Shown in pieces: positions 36,100 through 45,321 of a stretch of 60,058 nucleotides of DNA. Position 1 is the first letter of the stretch. Every line of letters starts with the position of its first letter. The DNA is from an uncultured Lentisphaerota bacterium (GTDB lineage Bacteria > Verrucomicrobiota > Lentisphaeria > Oligosphaerales > CAITYL01): NCBI GenBank assembly GCA_903894975.1, contig CAITSE010000074.1:1-60058 (forward strand), in the 5' to 3' direction. The notes beneath the pieces were generated by a model. It ran no database searches. It was given only the letters and a program-made list of their open reading frames with translations, and was not told where the DNA came from. The position numbers and the translations under genes are program-made.

Positions 36100-37090
36100 G
36101 GCTTGCCTCAGCTTGGCGACGCGCGAGCTCGGTTCGGTGATTGCGGCGCCATGCGATCAGCGAGCGCATGCCGGCATCCAGGTCGATGGTCCACTCAAAG
36201 CCAAGTTGGGTTTTTGCCGCCTTGGGGCAGCCAACGCGATTCGTCACAAAGGTTTGCCCTGCCGGTTCAAAGCGGATTCCAAGGTCGGAGCGGTTATTCA
36301 GGCGCAGGAGCAGTTCCGCCAACTCTTTAATGCTGGTCTTGATGCCGCGGCCGACATTAAAGAACCCAAAGTTGCAGTCCGACTTAAGGGCGCAGACGTT
36401 GGCGCGCGCCACATCCGTGACATGCACAAAATCATAGGCCTGGGAGCCGTCGCCGAAAGCGACCGGTTGCTGATTGCTGTCGATGCAATCAAGGATTTTC
36501 ATCATCACGGCAATATAGGCGCCCTTGTAGTCCTGCCGCGGGCCGTACACGTTCATGTAGCGCAACCCGATCCCATTCAATCCGTACCGCTTGTGATAGG
36601 CCTTCATCATGTGTTCGCTGGCAATTTTAGTGGCGCCATAAAAGGTCCAGTTGTTGTAGGGATGGTCTTCCGTCATGGGCTCCATAACGGCATCGCCATA
36701 CACGCTGGCACTGGAAGAGTACACCAGTTTCTGGATCTTGTGTTTGCGGCAGGCTTCAAGGACGTTAAAGGTGCCACGGACATTGGTCTCAAAGGCGGAT
36801 TCGGGGAATTCATGGCAGTGCAGCAGCCAGAGGGCGGCGAGATGCACCACGGCATCGGCGCCTTCAACGGCGCGATCCAGAATGTCCCGCTCCAACACAT
36901 TGCCGCCGAGGGGGAAAATGGAAACCCGCGGATCTTTCAACGCCTCGGCCAGGTTTTCACGACAGCCTCGGCTAAAGTTGTCATAAACCACAATCTCCTT
37001 GACCGATTCCTTCAGCAGTTCCTCGACCACATGGGAACCGATCAGGCCGGCGCCGCCAATGACAAGGATTCGTTTGTTGCGGATATCCAT
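36092..37090 (-). CDS. NAD-dependent epimerase/dehydratase (extended SDR)
   Basis: MDIRNKRILVIGGAGLIGSH.. (GxxGxxG) and YGATK (YxxxK). The ATG at 37090 was verified in sequence. The upstream part of ORF 36092..37297 is Pro/Arg-rich and not protein-like. Confidence 0.85.
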   Translation of the reverse strand: MDIRNKRILVIGGAGLIGSHVVEELLKESVKEIVVYDNFSRGCRENLAEALKDPRVSIFPLGGNVLERDILDRAVEGADAVVHLAALWLLHCHEFPESAFETNVRGTFNVLEACRKHKIQKLVYSSSASVYGDAVMEPMTEDHPYNNWTFYGATKIASEHMMKAYHKRYGLNGIGLRYMNVYGPRQDYKGAYIAVMMKILDCIDSNQQPVAFGDGSQAYDFVHVTDVARANVCALKSDCNFGFFNVGRGIKTSIKELAELLLRLNNRSDLGIRFEPAGQTFVTNRVGCPKAAKTQLGFEWTIDLDAGMRSLIAWRRNHRTELARRQAEASHV

Positions 37091-37127
37091 GGTGTTTAGG
37101 TGTCCTTTGTGTAGAAAATCAGGGTTG

Positions 37128-38195
37128 TTACTGACGGAGAAGCGAGGCCATCGCCTCCGCCACATGGCCGGTGCCAAAAAGCGGGGGGCGGGGGGGGGGC
37201 GAAACGGGGGTGCGGGCAGCGGTGAGAATACCTGCGAAGTCCGCGCCGGCGAGGACGTTCCACCCTGTGGCCACAGTTTCGACCCACTCGGTTTCATCGC
37301 GCAGGGTGATGCAGGGGACGCCGAAATCGTAGGCCTCCTTTTGCACGCCGCCAGAATCAGTGAGGATCAGGCGCGCCGACTGCTCCAGCATGAGCATGTC
37401 CAGATATCCGACCGGCTCGAGGATCTTGAGATTGCCTCCCTGCGGGGGAAGTCCTCCCTGGGCGGCAAGGAGCTTCCGTGTGCGCGGATGCAGCGGCACG
37501 ACCACCGGCTCTGCCGTGGCAAGCTCCGCCAGGGCCGCCATGATGCCGGCGAGGCGGGCGGGAGCGTCCGTATTCTCCGCCCGATGCACGGTGGCCAGCA
37601 GGAACCGCCCCGGTTGCAGGCCGAGGGAGGAAAGCATGGTGGAGTTCGCACGCGCCACGGGCGCCATTTTCCGCAACACATCAATCATCAGATCCCCGGT
37701 CCGATGCACACCCTTGGTGATGCCTTCCCGCGCCAGATTTTCCACGGCCGTCTGCGTGGGACAAAAGAGCAGGTCGGAGCAGTGGTCCGTCAGTACGCGG
37801 TTGTGCTCTTCGGGCATGGCGCGGTTGAAGGAGCGCAACCCGGCCTCGACATGCGCCAGCGGAATCCGCATCTTGGCTGCCGTCAGGGCGCCGGCCAGCG
37901 TCGAATTGGTGTCGCCATACACCAGAATCATGTCCGGTTTCTGCTCGCGCACCACCGGCTCCAGGGCGATCAGCATCCGCCCGGTCTGTTCCCCGTGTGA
38001 TCCGGAGCCAATCTCCAGATTCACCTCCGGCGCGGGAATCTCCAGCTCGCGGAAAAACACCTCCGACATATGGAAATCATAATGCTGGCCGGTATGCACC
38101 AGGCACTCCCGCAGCCCCGCGGCCCGCAGGGCGCGGGACAGAAGCGCCGCCTTCACAAACTGCGGCCGGGCTCCAACCACCGTGAGAATTTTCAT
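37128..38195 (-). CDS. wecB: UDP-N-acetylglucosamine 2-epimerase, non-hydrolysing (WecB/WbpI-like)
   Basis: MKILTVVGARPQFVKAA.., ..HTGQHYD.., ..VYGDTNSTLAGALTAAK..IPLAHVEAGLRS.. Confidence 0.9.
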   Translation of the reverse strand: MKILTVVGARPQFVKAALLSRALRAAGLRECLVHTGQHYDFHMSEVFFRELEIPAPEVNLEIGSGSHGEQTGRMLIALEPVVREQKPDMILVYGDTNSTLAGALTAAKMRIPLAHVEAGLRSFNRAMPEEHNRVLTDHCSDLLFCPTQTAVENLAREGITKGVHRTGDLMIDVLRKMAPVARANSTMLSSLGLQPGRFLLATVHRAENTDAPARLAGIMAALAELATAEPVVVPLHPRTRKLLAAQGGLPPQGGNLKILEPVGYLDMLMLEQSARLILTDSGGVQKEAYDFGVPCITLRDETEWVETVATGWNVLAGADFAGILTAARTPVSPPPRPPLFGTGHVAEAMASLLRQ

Positions 38196-38209
38196 CGCTT
38201 GCGGCATTT

Positions 38210-38878
38210 TCACCCCGGCTCGGGCTGGCACGGTTTGAATTCGTCGTAAAAGCGCGTTCCTTGGGAAAGGCCGGCCGGCAGCGGAGAATCCTCGTCAAGA
38301 TCAAGGCAGCACAACACGCCGGGCGCCGTCTCGCGGTAACGGAAACCGCTCTCGGGACAGAGCATGAGGCCGTCAGCGCCGGGCCGGGGAAGCTTCACGC
38401 CGTGGCGGCTCATCCAGCCGGCCTGCCGCCCGGGGACGCCTTGAATCAGCGCATAGTCCGGCACGCTCTTCGTCACCACCGCGCCCGCCGCGATGAAGGC
38501 ATAACGCCCGATTTCCACGCCGCAGACAATGGTGGCATTGGCGCCGACGGTCGCGCCGCGCCGCAACACGGTTTTTTCGTACAACGAATGGCGGTTGACC
38601 TGCGAGCGCGGATTCGTCACATTCGTCAACACGCAGCTAGGTCCGAGGAACACATCGTCCTCCAGCACCGTGCCGGTGTACACCGAGACGTTGTTCTGAA
38701 TCTTGACGTTGTTGCCGATCACCACACCATCGGCAATGAACACGTTCTGCCCGAAGATGCAGCGGCCGCCGATCCGGGCGCCAGCGCAGACGTGGCAGAA
38801 ATGCCACACCTTCGTGCCGGGACCGAGCTCCGCACCAGCGTCCACATACGCGGATTCATGCTTGAAATAATCGGCCAT
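38210..38878 (-). CDS. left-handed beta-helix N-acetyltransferase (WbpD-like)
   Basis: Hexapeptide repeats (..IGGRCIFGQNVFIADGVVIGNNVKIQNNVSVY..). ATG at 38878 (MADYFKHESAYVD..). The track start at 38884 is GTG. Confidence 0.8.
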   Translation of the reverse strand: MADYFKHESAYVDAGAELGPGTKVWHFCHVCAGARIGGRCIFGQNVFIADGVVIGNNVKIQNNVSVYTGTVLEDDVFLGPSCVLTNVTNPRSQVNRHSLYEKTVLRRGATVGANATIVCGVEIGRYAFIAAGAVVTKSVPDYALIQGVPGRQAGWMSRHGVKLPRPGADGLMLCPESGFRYRETAPGVLCCLDLDEDSPLPAGLSQGTRFYDEFKPCQPEPG

Positions 38879-38933
38879 TGCCACCGGTGTCCGTTTTTAT
38901 GCATCTGGCTGCGGAAGATTTGGATCAGACCTG

Positions 38934-39980
38934 CTACAGAGGCAACGCCACCTGCTGGCGATCCCGGGCCGACTTGTAGACGGCCAGGATCAATTCCAGG
39001 CTCTTGCGCCCCGAACGCCCGTCTGTGTTCGCCTCGCCCCGGCCCCGCAAGACATCCAGCACATTCTTGTAATAGGCGGTGTGCCCGAAGCCGTAGACGT
39101 TGGGCGGCTCGTAATTCGACTCCATCACCAGCTTGTCATCGTCGTCGTATTCGGCGAACTCCCATTTCTCGAACTTGTTCACCGCAATGCCGCCGAGCTT
39201 CACCGTGCCCTTTTCTCCGATGATGGTAATCGAGCCTTCCATATTTTTCGGATAGGTCAGCATGGAAACATTCATGGAGCCGATGGCGCCGTTGCGGAAC
39301 CGGAAGATGGCAGAACCGCTGTCCTCCGCCTCAATCCGGCGGGCCAGGGTGCCGGTGAAGGCCATCACGCTGTCCACCTCGCCGATCAGCCAGTGCAACG
39401 CGTCCACATAATGGCTGGCCTGATTCATGAAAGCGCCGCCGTCAAATTCCCAGGTGCCGCGCCATTTGGCCTGGTCATAATAACTCTGGGGCCGCTGCCA
39501 GAAAACGTTGACGTAGGCCCCGTAGATGCGTCCGAACCGTTCCTTGTCGATGGCGCGCTTCAGCAACTGCATGGTCGTGTTCAGACGGTTCTGCTTGACC
39601 ACCAACAACTGCACCTGGTTCCGGTCGCAGGCCTGAATCAGGCTGTCGCACTGCTCCAGCGTGATCGCCATCGGCTTTTCGGTGACGACATGAAGACCGG
39701 CGTTCGCCGCCATAATGCCATGCGCGGCGTGCATGCCGGAAGGGGTGCAAACCGAGATCGCATCCAGCTTCTCCACCTTCAGCATCTCGGCGTAATCCGT
39801 GTACGGCGTCACCGGATGGCCGCCCGCTTCCCCGACCGCCTCGGCCGCGGCCCGGACGCGGTCTGGAACTGAGTCGCAAACCGCCACCAGTTCGCATTCA
39901 CCGTGATGATCCTTGAAGGCCCGGATGTGATTTTCGGAAATCCGCCCGCAACCGACCAATCCAAAACGAAATTTCTTCAC
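38934..39980 (-). CDS. Gfo/Idh/MocA oxidoreductase (WbpB-like UDP-GlcNAcA 3-dehydrogenase)
   Basis: (M)KKFRFGLVGCGRISENH.., ..VVTEKPMA.., ..KQNRLN.. GTG start at 39980 preceded by AGGAA. First gene of the operon. Confidence 0.8.
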   Translation of the reverse strand: MKKFRFGLVGCGRISENHIRAFKDHHGECELVAVCDSVPDRVRAAAEAVGEAGGHPVTPYTDYAEMLKVEKLDAISVCTPSGMHAAHGIMAANAGLHVVTEKPMAITLEQCDSLIQACDRNQVQLLVVKQNRLNTTMQLLKRAIDKERFGRIYGAYVNVFWQRPQSYYDQAKWRGTWEFDGGAFMNQASHYVDALHWLIGEVDSVMAFTGTLARRIEAEDSGSAIFRFRNGAIGSMNVSMLTYPKNMEGSITIIGEKGTVKLGGIAVNKFEKWEFAEYDDDDKLVMESNYEPPNVYGFGHTAYYKNVLDVLRGRGEANTDGRSGRKSLELILAVYKSARDRQQVALPL

Positions 39981-40175
39981 GGTTCCCGTTCCTGTCCTAC
40001 TCGCTCCACCATTACTTCAAAGACACTTTTGAATTAATTTACCCACGCCGCCTGAGATTACCAGATTGCGCATCAAGAGTTCTGCAACCCGTACCCGGCG
40101 ACCGTTCGGGCCGGGCTTATAGTAGCCGCCATCCCGGCCGCCACCGCGCTCGGGGAAGGAGCGCCCCGACCAAAC

Positions 40176-41099
40176 ATGACCGCGTCCACCCTCCAACCGG
40201 CGCCCATGGCCGCGCCTCATCCCCTGCTGCTGTCCGTCGACCTGGAAGAATGGTTTCACGCCCGCTGGGCCACCGGCTACGAAAAGTCGCGCTGGCGCAC
40301 GCCGGCCGCGTTCTTTGCCGAGTTTTACCGCAGCGACGGCCCGCGCGGCGATGTCGTTCCCGCCGTGGAATGGCTCCTGGAATGCTTTGCCGCAGAAGGG
40401 GTTCAAACCACGTTTTTTATTCTTGGAGAAATCGCGGCCTGGTATCCGGAACTGGTCAAAAAAGTCGCCGCGGCCGGGCATGAAATCGCCTGCCACGGCC
40501 TGCTTCACTGCGACATGAGCGGGTATTCCCGCGCAGACTTCCGCCGCGACCTGGGCCAGGCCAAAGACCGCCTCGAACAGCTTACCGGCCAACCCGTCAC
40601 GGGCTTCCGCGCCCCGAACCTGGTGGTCCAACCCTGGCTCGCGGACGTTCTGCGCGAAAGCGGTTTCCTCTACGACTCCAGCGTCTGCCCCGCCCGCGCC
40701 TTCCGCGGCAAATACGCCGACATGAGCCGCTGCCCCCAACACCCCTACCGCATCGGCGCCACCGTCCAGGAACCGGGGGCGGGCCCGCTCTGGGAATTGC
40801 CACTCAACTCCATGCCGCTCCTGAAAATCCCCGCCGGCACCGCCATCGCCACCCGGCTCTTCGGCCTGACCTGGGCGCGCTTCGGCCTCTGGTGGTGGCG
40901 CCGCACCGGCCCTGTCCATTATTACCTGCACCCGTATGAAATCTGGACGGACCGCCTGCCGGACGACCTGCGCCCCTGGCCCCGTTTCATGACCCGCCGC
41001 CGCGGACCATGGATGCAGGACGCCCTGCGCCGCATCCTGGCCGCCCATCGCGGCCGCGTCCTCTCCTGCCGCGACTGGCTCCGGGAAGCCGGGGGATAG
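40176..41099 (+). CDS. polysaccharide deacetylase, DUF3473-containing (PEP-CTERM/EPS-locus type)
   Basis: ..LLLSVDLEEWFH.., ..TTFFILGEIAAWYPELVKKVAAAGHEIACHGLLH.. Divergent from the glycan operon. The antisense ORF 40017..41105 is a shadow. Confidence 0.75.
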   Translation: MTASTLQPAPMAAPHPLLLSVDLEEWFHARWATGYEKSRWRTPAAFFAEFYRSDGPRGDVVPAVEWLLECFAAEGVQTTFFILGEIAAWYPELVKKVAAAGHEIACHGLLHCDMSGYSRADFRRDLGQAKDRLEQLTGQPVTGFRAPNLVVQPWLADVLRESGFLYDSSVCPARAFRGKYADMSRCPQHPYRIGATVQEPGAGPLWELPLNSMPLLKIPAGTAIATRLFGLTWARFGLWWWRRTGPVHYYLHPYEIWTDRLPDDLRPWPRFMTRRRGPWMQDALRRILAAHRGRVLSCRDWLREAGG

Positions 41100-41122
41100 G
41101 GTCAAGAGGCGCCGGTTTCAGC

Positions 41123-42439
41123 TTATCCGCCGCGGTCGCGGCGGCGATCCTCGACGCGCCGAGCCTTACCCTCGGCCCGGGGCATGGTTCCGGGTTCGAC
41201 CAGGTGGACGGACGGCGTCACCAGCACCTCATCCCGCACTTCGTGGATAATCCGCTTCCGCACCTGCGCCAGCACCGCCAGATCGCCAGTGAAATGCTCC
41301 TGACTGACCTCGACCTGGATGATAAGCTCATCGCCGTCCCCGACCGTGTCCAGCACGATCAACCAGTCGCTGCCGATCTCCGGAATGTTCATCAGGATCT
41401 TCTCGATCTGGATCGGGAACACATTGCAGCCCTTGATAATGAACATGTCATCGCTGCGCCCGGTGATGCGGGCGATACGACGGTGGGTGCGGCCGCAAGC
41501 GCAGGAACCGGGGATCAGGCTGGTGAGGTCGCGCGTCCGGTAGCGCAGGAGCGGCATCGCCTCGCGGTCAAGGGAGGTCAGGACCAGCTCGCCCCGGGCG
41601 CCCTCTGGCACCGGTTCCAGCGTCTCCGGATCCACCAGTTCCAGGATAAAGCTGTCCTCCCAGAGGTGCATGCCGTCCTGGCGTTCACATTCAAAGGCGA
41701 CACCGGGTCCGCTCATCTCGCTGAGCCCGAATGAATTGTAGGCCTTGCACTTAAACATGGCCTCGATGCGTCCGCGCGCCGCCTCGGAGTGAGGTTCGGC
41801 GCCGGTGAGAATGATCCGCAGCTTCGTGTCCCGGGCCGGATCCAAACCGAGTTCAACGAACTCGTCATAGAGCCGGGGCAGATAGCTCGGGATGGCGTGA
41901 ATGGCGGTGGTGCCGAAATCTTGCATGAGCTTGACCTGCCGCCGGCTGTTGCCGGCCCCGGCAGGAATGGTCAGCGCGCCAAGCTTTTCCGCGCCGTACT
42001 GGAAGCCCAGGCCGCCCGTGAACAGGCCGTAGCCGCAGATGTTCTGGAACACGTCGGCATCGCGCACCCCGGCGCAGTACATAGAGCGGGCGACCAGGTT
42101 CGCCCAGGAATCCAGGTCGTGACGGTTGTGGAAGATGACGGTCGGATTGCCGGTGGTGCCGCTGGAACAGTGCAGACGCACCGTTTCCCGCAACGGCATG
42201 GTGAGAAAGCCGAAGGGATAGTGGGCGCGCAGGTCGGCCTTGGTGGTAAAGGGCAGACGCCGGATGTCCGCCGGGGTGCGGATGTCCGCCGGCGTCACCT
42301 TCGCCCGCCGCAGCGCTTCGCCGTAATAGGGCGAGCGCAGGGCGCGCTCCATGGTGGCGCGGAGCCGCTGCACTTGCAGCGCGGCCAGATCGGCAGCGGA
42401 CAGGGTTTCGAGTTCAGGCTGCCAGAAAGGGGATTGCAC
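41123..42439 (-). CDS. paaK: phenylacetate--CoA ligase family protein
   Basis: ..FWQPELETLSAADLAALQVQRL.., ..LPFTTKADLR.., the AMP motif SSGTTGNPT, ..GYGLFTGGLG.. GTG start at 42439. Confidence 0.8.
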   Translation of the reverse strand: MQSPFWQPELETLSAADLAALQVQRLRATMERALRSPYYGEALRRAKVTPADIRTPADIRRLPFTTKADLRAHYPFGFLTMPLRETVRLHCSSGTTGNPTVIFHNRHDLDSWANLVARSMYCAGVRDADVFQNICGYGLFTGGLGFQYGAEKLGALTIPAGAGNSRRQVKLMQDFGTTAIHAIPSYLPRLYDEFVELGLDPARDTKLRIILTGAEPHSEAARGRIEAMFKCKAYNSFGLSEMSGPGVAFECERQDGMHLWEDSFILELVDPETLEPVPEGARGELVLTSLDREAMPLLRYRTRDLTSLIPGSCACGRTHRRIARITGRSDDMFIIKGCNVFPIQIEKILMNIPEIGSDWLIVLDTVGDGDELIIQVEVSQEHFTGDLAVLAQVRKRIIHEVRDEVLVTPSVHLVEPGTMPRAEGKARRVEDRRRDRGG

Positions 42440-42562
42440 GGATCAGACTCCGGGGAGAGCGCGACAATCCGCCCAGTTTAGCCCCGGAAACCGCTCTGTC
42501 AACGAAATCCCCGCCGCGTTCAGCGATGCCGTGAAGCCCGTTCCGTTCTTCCGTTTTTTCGT

Positions 42563-43597
42563 TCACGGGGCTTTCCGCCGGCATTCCCCGAGCGGGCCGA
42601 TCAGTCCCGCCAGCGATGCCGCGCCCTGCCCGTCCAGCCAGGCCCTGGCCGGTTTGTCCTCCAGAAGAAATGCCTGCAAAAACGCCAAGGAGGTTTGCTG
42701 GATCGCCGGTTGCAGGCGCGCGTCCAACTCCCGCCTTTTTGCCGGCTGGGATCCGGTGCCGGCGCGGCCGCTGAACACCATGTGGTCGCCGCCGGTGAAA
42801 ATCACCAGGTACTCCGGCACGCCGGCGATCCGTTCATAGGGCTCCAGCCGTTGCGCCGGCGTCACATCGCGGATCGGGCTGTGATCCTCCGTTCCCGTCA
42901 TGTGCAGGCAGGGAATCCGAATGCTCCGGTACACGGCGTCCGGCCCCACCGGCGCCGGGCTGAGGATCACCGCCGCCTTGATCTCCGGCAGGACCGGCAC
43001 GCCGGGGACCGGGAATCCGCCGGCTACCGCCGCCGTCCACAGACTGGTGTTCGCCCCGAACGAATGCCCGGCGATGCCGATCCGTTCCAGGTCCAGCCGG
43101 CCCCGGAATCGGGGATCCTCCCGGACCAGGCGCTTCAGTTCCGCCACCGCAAAGGCCACATCTTCAATCCGCGCCCGGGCCTGCTCCAGGTTCGCCGCGA
43201 GCCGCAAGTCCACCAGCGCCCCGAGCCCCTTCCCGCGCCAGACCGACTCGTCGCTGCCCGGGTGCTGAAGATGCACCACGGCCAGGCCGTGCTCCGCCCA
43301 ATACCGCCCGAGAAATTCATAGCCGTCGCGGCTCCCGCCCAGGCCATGGGAGAACAGGACCACCGGCACAGGCGTTACCGCGGCGCCGGGCCGGACCGCC
43401 GGCAGGTACCACTTCACCGGAATCGTCCGCTGCCGGGCCGCGTCCCGCCAGTCCATGGAGAACTCTTCCACGGCACCGGAGGACGCGATGGACATTATGG
43501 ACTCTGTGGACGCAATGGACGCCGCGGCGGAGACTTCCGGCATGGGGGTGGTCACAGCGGTCAGCATTCCGGCCAGCATCAGCGGTCTCAGGTTCAT
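42563..43597 (-). CDS. secreted alpha/beta hydrolase (PAF-acetylhydrolase / lipase-like)
   Basis: Signal peptide, ..VVLFSHGLGGSRDGY.., and the nucleophile elbow GHSFG. Confidence 0.7.
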   Translation of the reverse strand: MNLRPLMLAGMLTAVTTPMPEVSAAASIASTESIMSIASSGAVEEFSMDWRDAARQRTIPVKWYLPAVRPGAAVTPVPVVLFSHGLGGSRDGYEFLGRYWAEHGLAVVHLQHPGSDESVWRGKGLGALVDLRLAANLEQARARIEDVAFAVAELKRLVREDPRFRGRLDLERIGIAGHSFGANTSLWTAAVAGGFPVPGVPVLPEIKAAVILSPAPVGPDAVYRSIRIPCLHMTGTEDHSPIRDVTPAQRLEPYERIAGVPEYLVIFTGGDHMVFSGRAGTGSQPAKRRELDARLQPAIQQTSLAFLQAFLLEDKPARAWLDGQGAASLAGLIGPLGECRRKAP

Positions 43598-43695
43598 GAT
43601 GGAATTTCCTTTCTCTTCTAGTCAGAAAAACGAAAAATTCCGCGTTTTGTTGTGTAGGAACGTGGTTATACCAATTAAAAATCAAACTGGGATAC

Positions 43696-43810
43696 TATTC
43701 GCGTTCATTCGCGTTTATTAGCGGTTCAAGAAGAAGGAACATATTTTTACCGCATAATTATATAACATTCTCTTTTTTAACCGCTAATGAACGCTAATGG
43801 ACGCTAATGA
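43696..43810. repeat. Word-arm foldback hairpin (10-nt CGCTAATGRA words)
   Basis: TATTCGCGTTCATTCGCGTTTATTAGCGGTT (43696-43726) pairs with AACCGCTAATGAACGCTAATGGACGCTAATGA (43779-43810), with an AT-rich 52-nt loop. A decayed module-A-like stretch of TTCGCG words follows at about 43925-43981. Confidence 0.75.
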
Positions 43811-43975
43811 ATTTTGAATTGAAAATGCGGCTTTGTGACTAGTATATGATCAATTTGATCTGTAATTGGGATTACACCACGTTTCCGCGGCGTTGTCAGG
43901 GGCCGCGACATGGAACGCTCCGATCACTTTCGCGCTTTTTCGCGTGTTTCGCGGGCAAATCGGCTCGCGCACCGA

Positions 43976-45214
43976 TCAGGCGACCGGCTTCACCAGGGCG
44001 GGGTCGAGCAGGCCGCGCTGGCGGCGGAGCTGGTCCTGCAGGCGGCGGATGTCCACTCCGGCCACCGCGCCGGCGGCGCCTTGCGCGGCCAGGGCCGCGG
44101 CAGTGCCGGCAGCCTCGCCGGTCACGGCGCACCCGGGAATGGCGCGGGTGACGTCCCAAACCGCCGCCTCCGCCGAGATGCAGCGGCCGGCGGCGAGCAG
44201 GTTCCGGTTGCGGACCCCGCAGAGCGTGCGCAACGGCAGCGCGTAAACCGGGCCGGCTTGACGCCAGTCGCCGGTGAGCCCGACGGTGTCATCGAACCAT
44301 TCATGCACCTGCGTTTCGGCAAGAGACAACGCGCCGACCAGACGGCGGGAGGCGCGGAAGCAGGCAATGGTGGTCGGGGCGAACAACTGCACTTCCTCCC
44401 CGGGATGCCGGGCGCGGATCGCGGCCAGATCGCGGCGGACCAGTTCGCGGCTGCCGAGGATCATGTCGGTCACCTGCCGGCCGTCGTCGCCGCGGAAAAA
44501 CGGGCCGGCGCCGCCTTCGCGGGTCAGGCGCGGACTGTAGGGATGGGTGCACTGCTTGAGGTGCAGCTTGCCCTCGCGGAGATAATAGTACCAGCCGCAC
44601 AACACGTTGGAATCCAAAGATTCCGTCGCCTCCCCGGCGAAATGGCAGAGATCGGCGTCGCCGGTGGCGTCGACAAAGGTCTTGCCGGCGATCGCCGTGC
44701 GCCCGCTCTTGTTCTCGACCAGGACATGGGTGAGGACGTCGTTCTCGCGGCGGACGTCGCAAACCCGGGTGTCATAGGACAGCGTGACGCCGGCGGCGGT
44801 CACCCATTTTTCCAGCGCGAAAAAATAAGACGCGGGATTGAACTCGGCCTGAAACCGTTTGTGCCGGCGCTCCGCCGGGTCGCCGCCGGGTTCCCAGCAG
44901 GCGGGAACGCGCCGGAAGTAGGCCGCCGGATCATCCTTGCCGAGCTCCTGCACGGACAGACGCAGCAGTTCCTCGCCCAGCCCGCCGATGACCTGACGGC
45001 CACGGCCGTCGCAGATGGGCAGCCAGATGATGACGTTGCCGAGCGTGGCCAGACCACCGAGCGCGCTCTCCTTGTCCAGCAGGCAGACCGTGGCGCCATT
45101 ACGCGCTGCGGCCACGGCGGCGGCAACGCCGGCGATGCCACCGCCGGCCACCACCACGTCAAACTCGCCGGTGACCGGCACCTCGCGGGCAGGTTCGTGA
45201 ATGGAAAGAGTCAT
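43976..45214 (-). CDS. FAD-dependent oxidoreductase
   Basis: FDVVVAGGGIAGVAAAVAAARNG dinucleotide-binding motif, 412 aa. The antisense ORF 43910..45232 is a shadow. Confidence 0.8.
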   Translation of the reverse strand: MTLSIHEPAREVPVTGEFDVVVAGGGIAGVAAAVAAARNGATVCLLDKESALGGLATLGNVIIWLPICDGRGRQVIGGLGEELLRLSVQELGKDDPAAYFRRVPACWEPGGDPAERRHKRFQAEFNPASYFFALEKWVTAAGVTLSYDTRVCDVRRENDVLTHVLVENKSGRTAIAGKTFVDATGDADLCHFAGEATESLDSNVLCGWYYYLREGKLHLKQCTHPYSPRLTREGGAGPFFRGDDGRQVTDMILGSRELVRRDLAAIRARHPGEEVQLFAPTTIACFRASRRLVGALSLAETQVHEWFDDTVGLTGDWRQAGPVYALPLRTLCGVRNRNLLAAGRCISAEAAVWDVTRAIPGCAVTGEAAGTAAALAAQGAAGAVAGVDIRRLQDQLRRQRGLLDPALVKPVA

Positions 45215-45321
45215 AACAAATCACCCTCGTAAAAAAGCATCCTCGCCAATGAGGCTGACTGGTCAGCGGATCGTGGCGGTTTTTGCGGCCGTCTTTTGTG
45301 GTGAATTGCGCCCCCGCCGAA

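Noticed and set aside
39981-40175. Looked for a JUMPstart/ops element (GGCGGTAG) in the leader of the polysaccharide operon.
   Set aside because: The ops octamer is not present on the coding strand of the leader. Only a partial resemblance (GTAGCCGCC on the opposite strand) was seen.
43779-43810. Tandem 10-nt units (CGCTAATGAA/CGCTAATGGA/CGCTAATGAA), and similar word runs elsewhere, considered as a CRISPR-like array or VNTR.
   Set aside because: The units are far too short, there are no unique spacers, and each run is mirrored by a complementary arm. They are halves of foldback hairpins, not CRISPR arrays. No cas genes are in the window.
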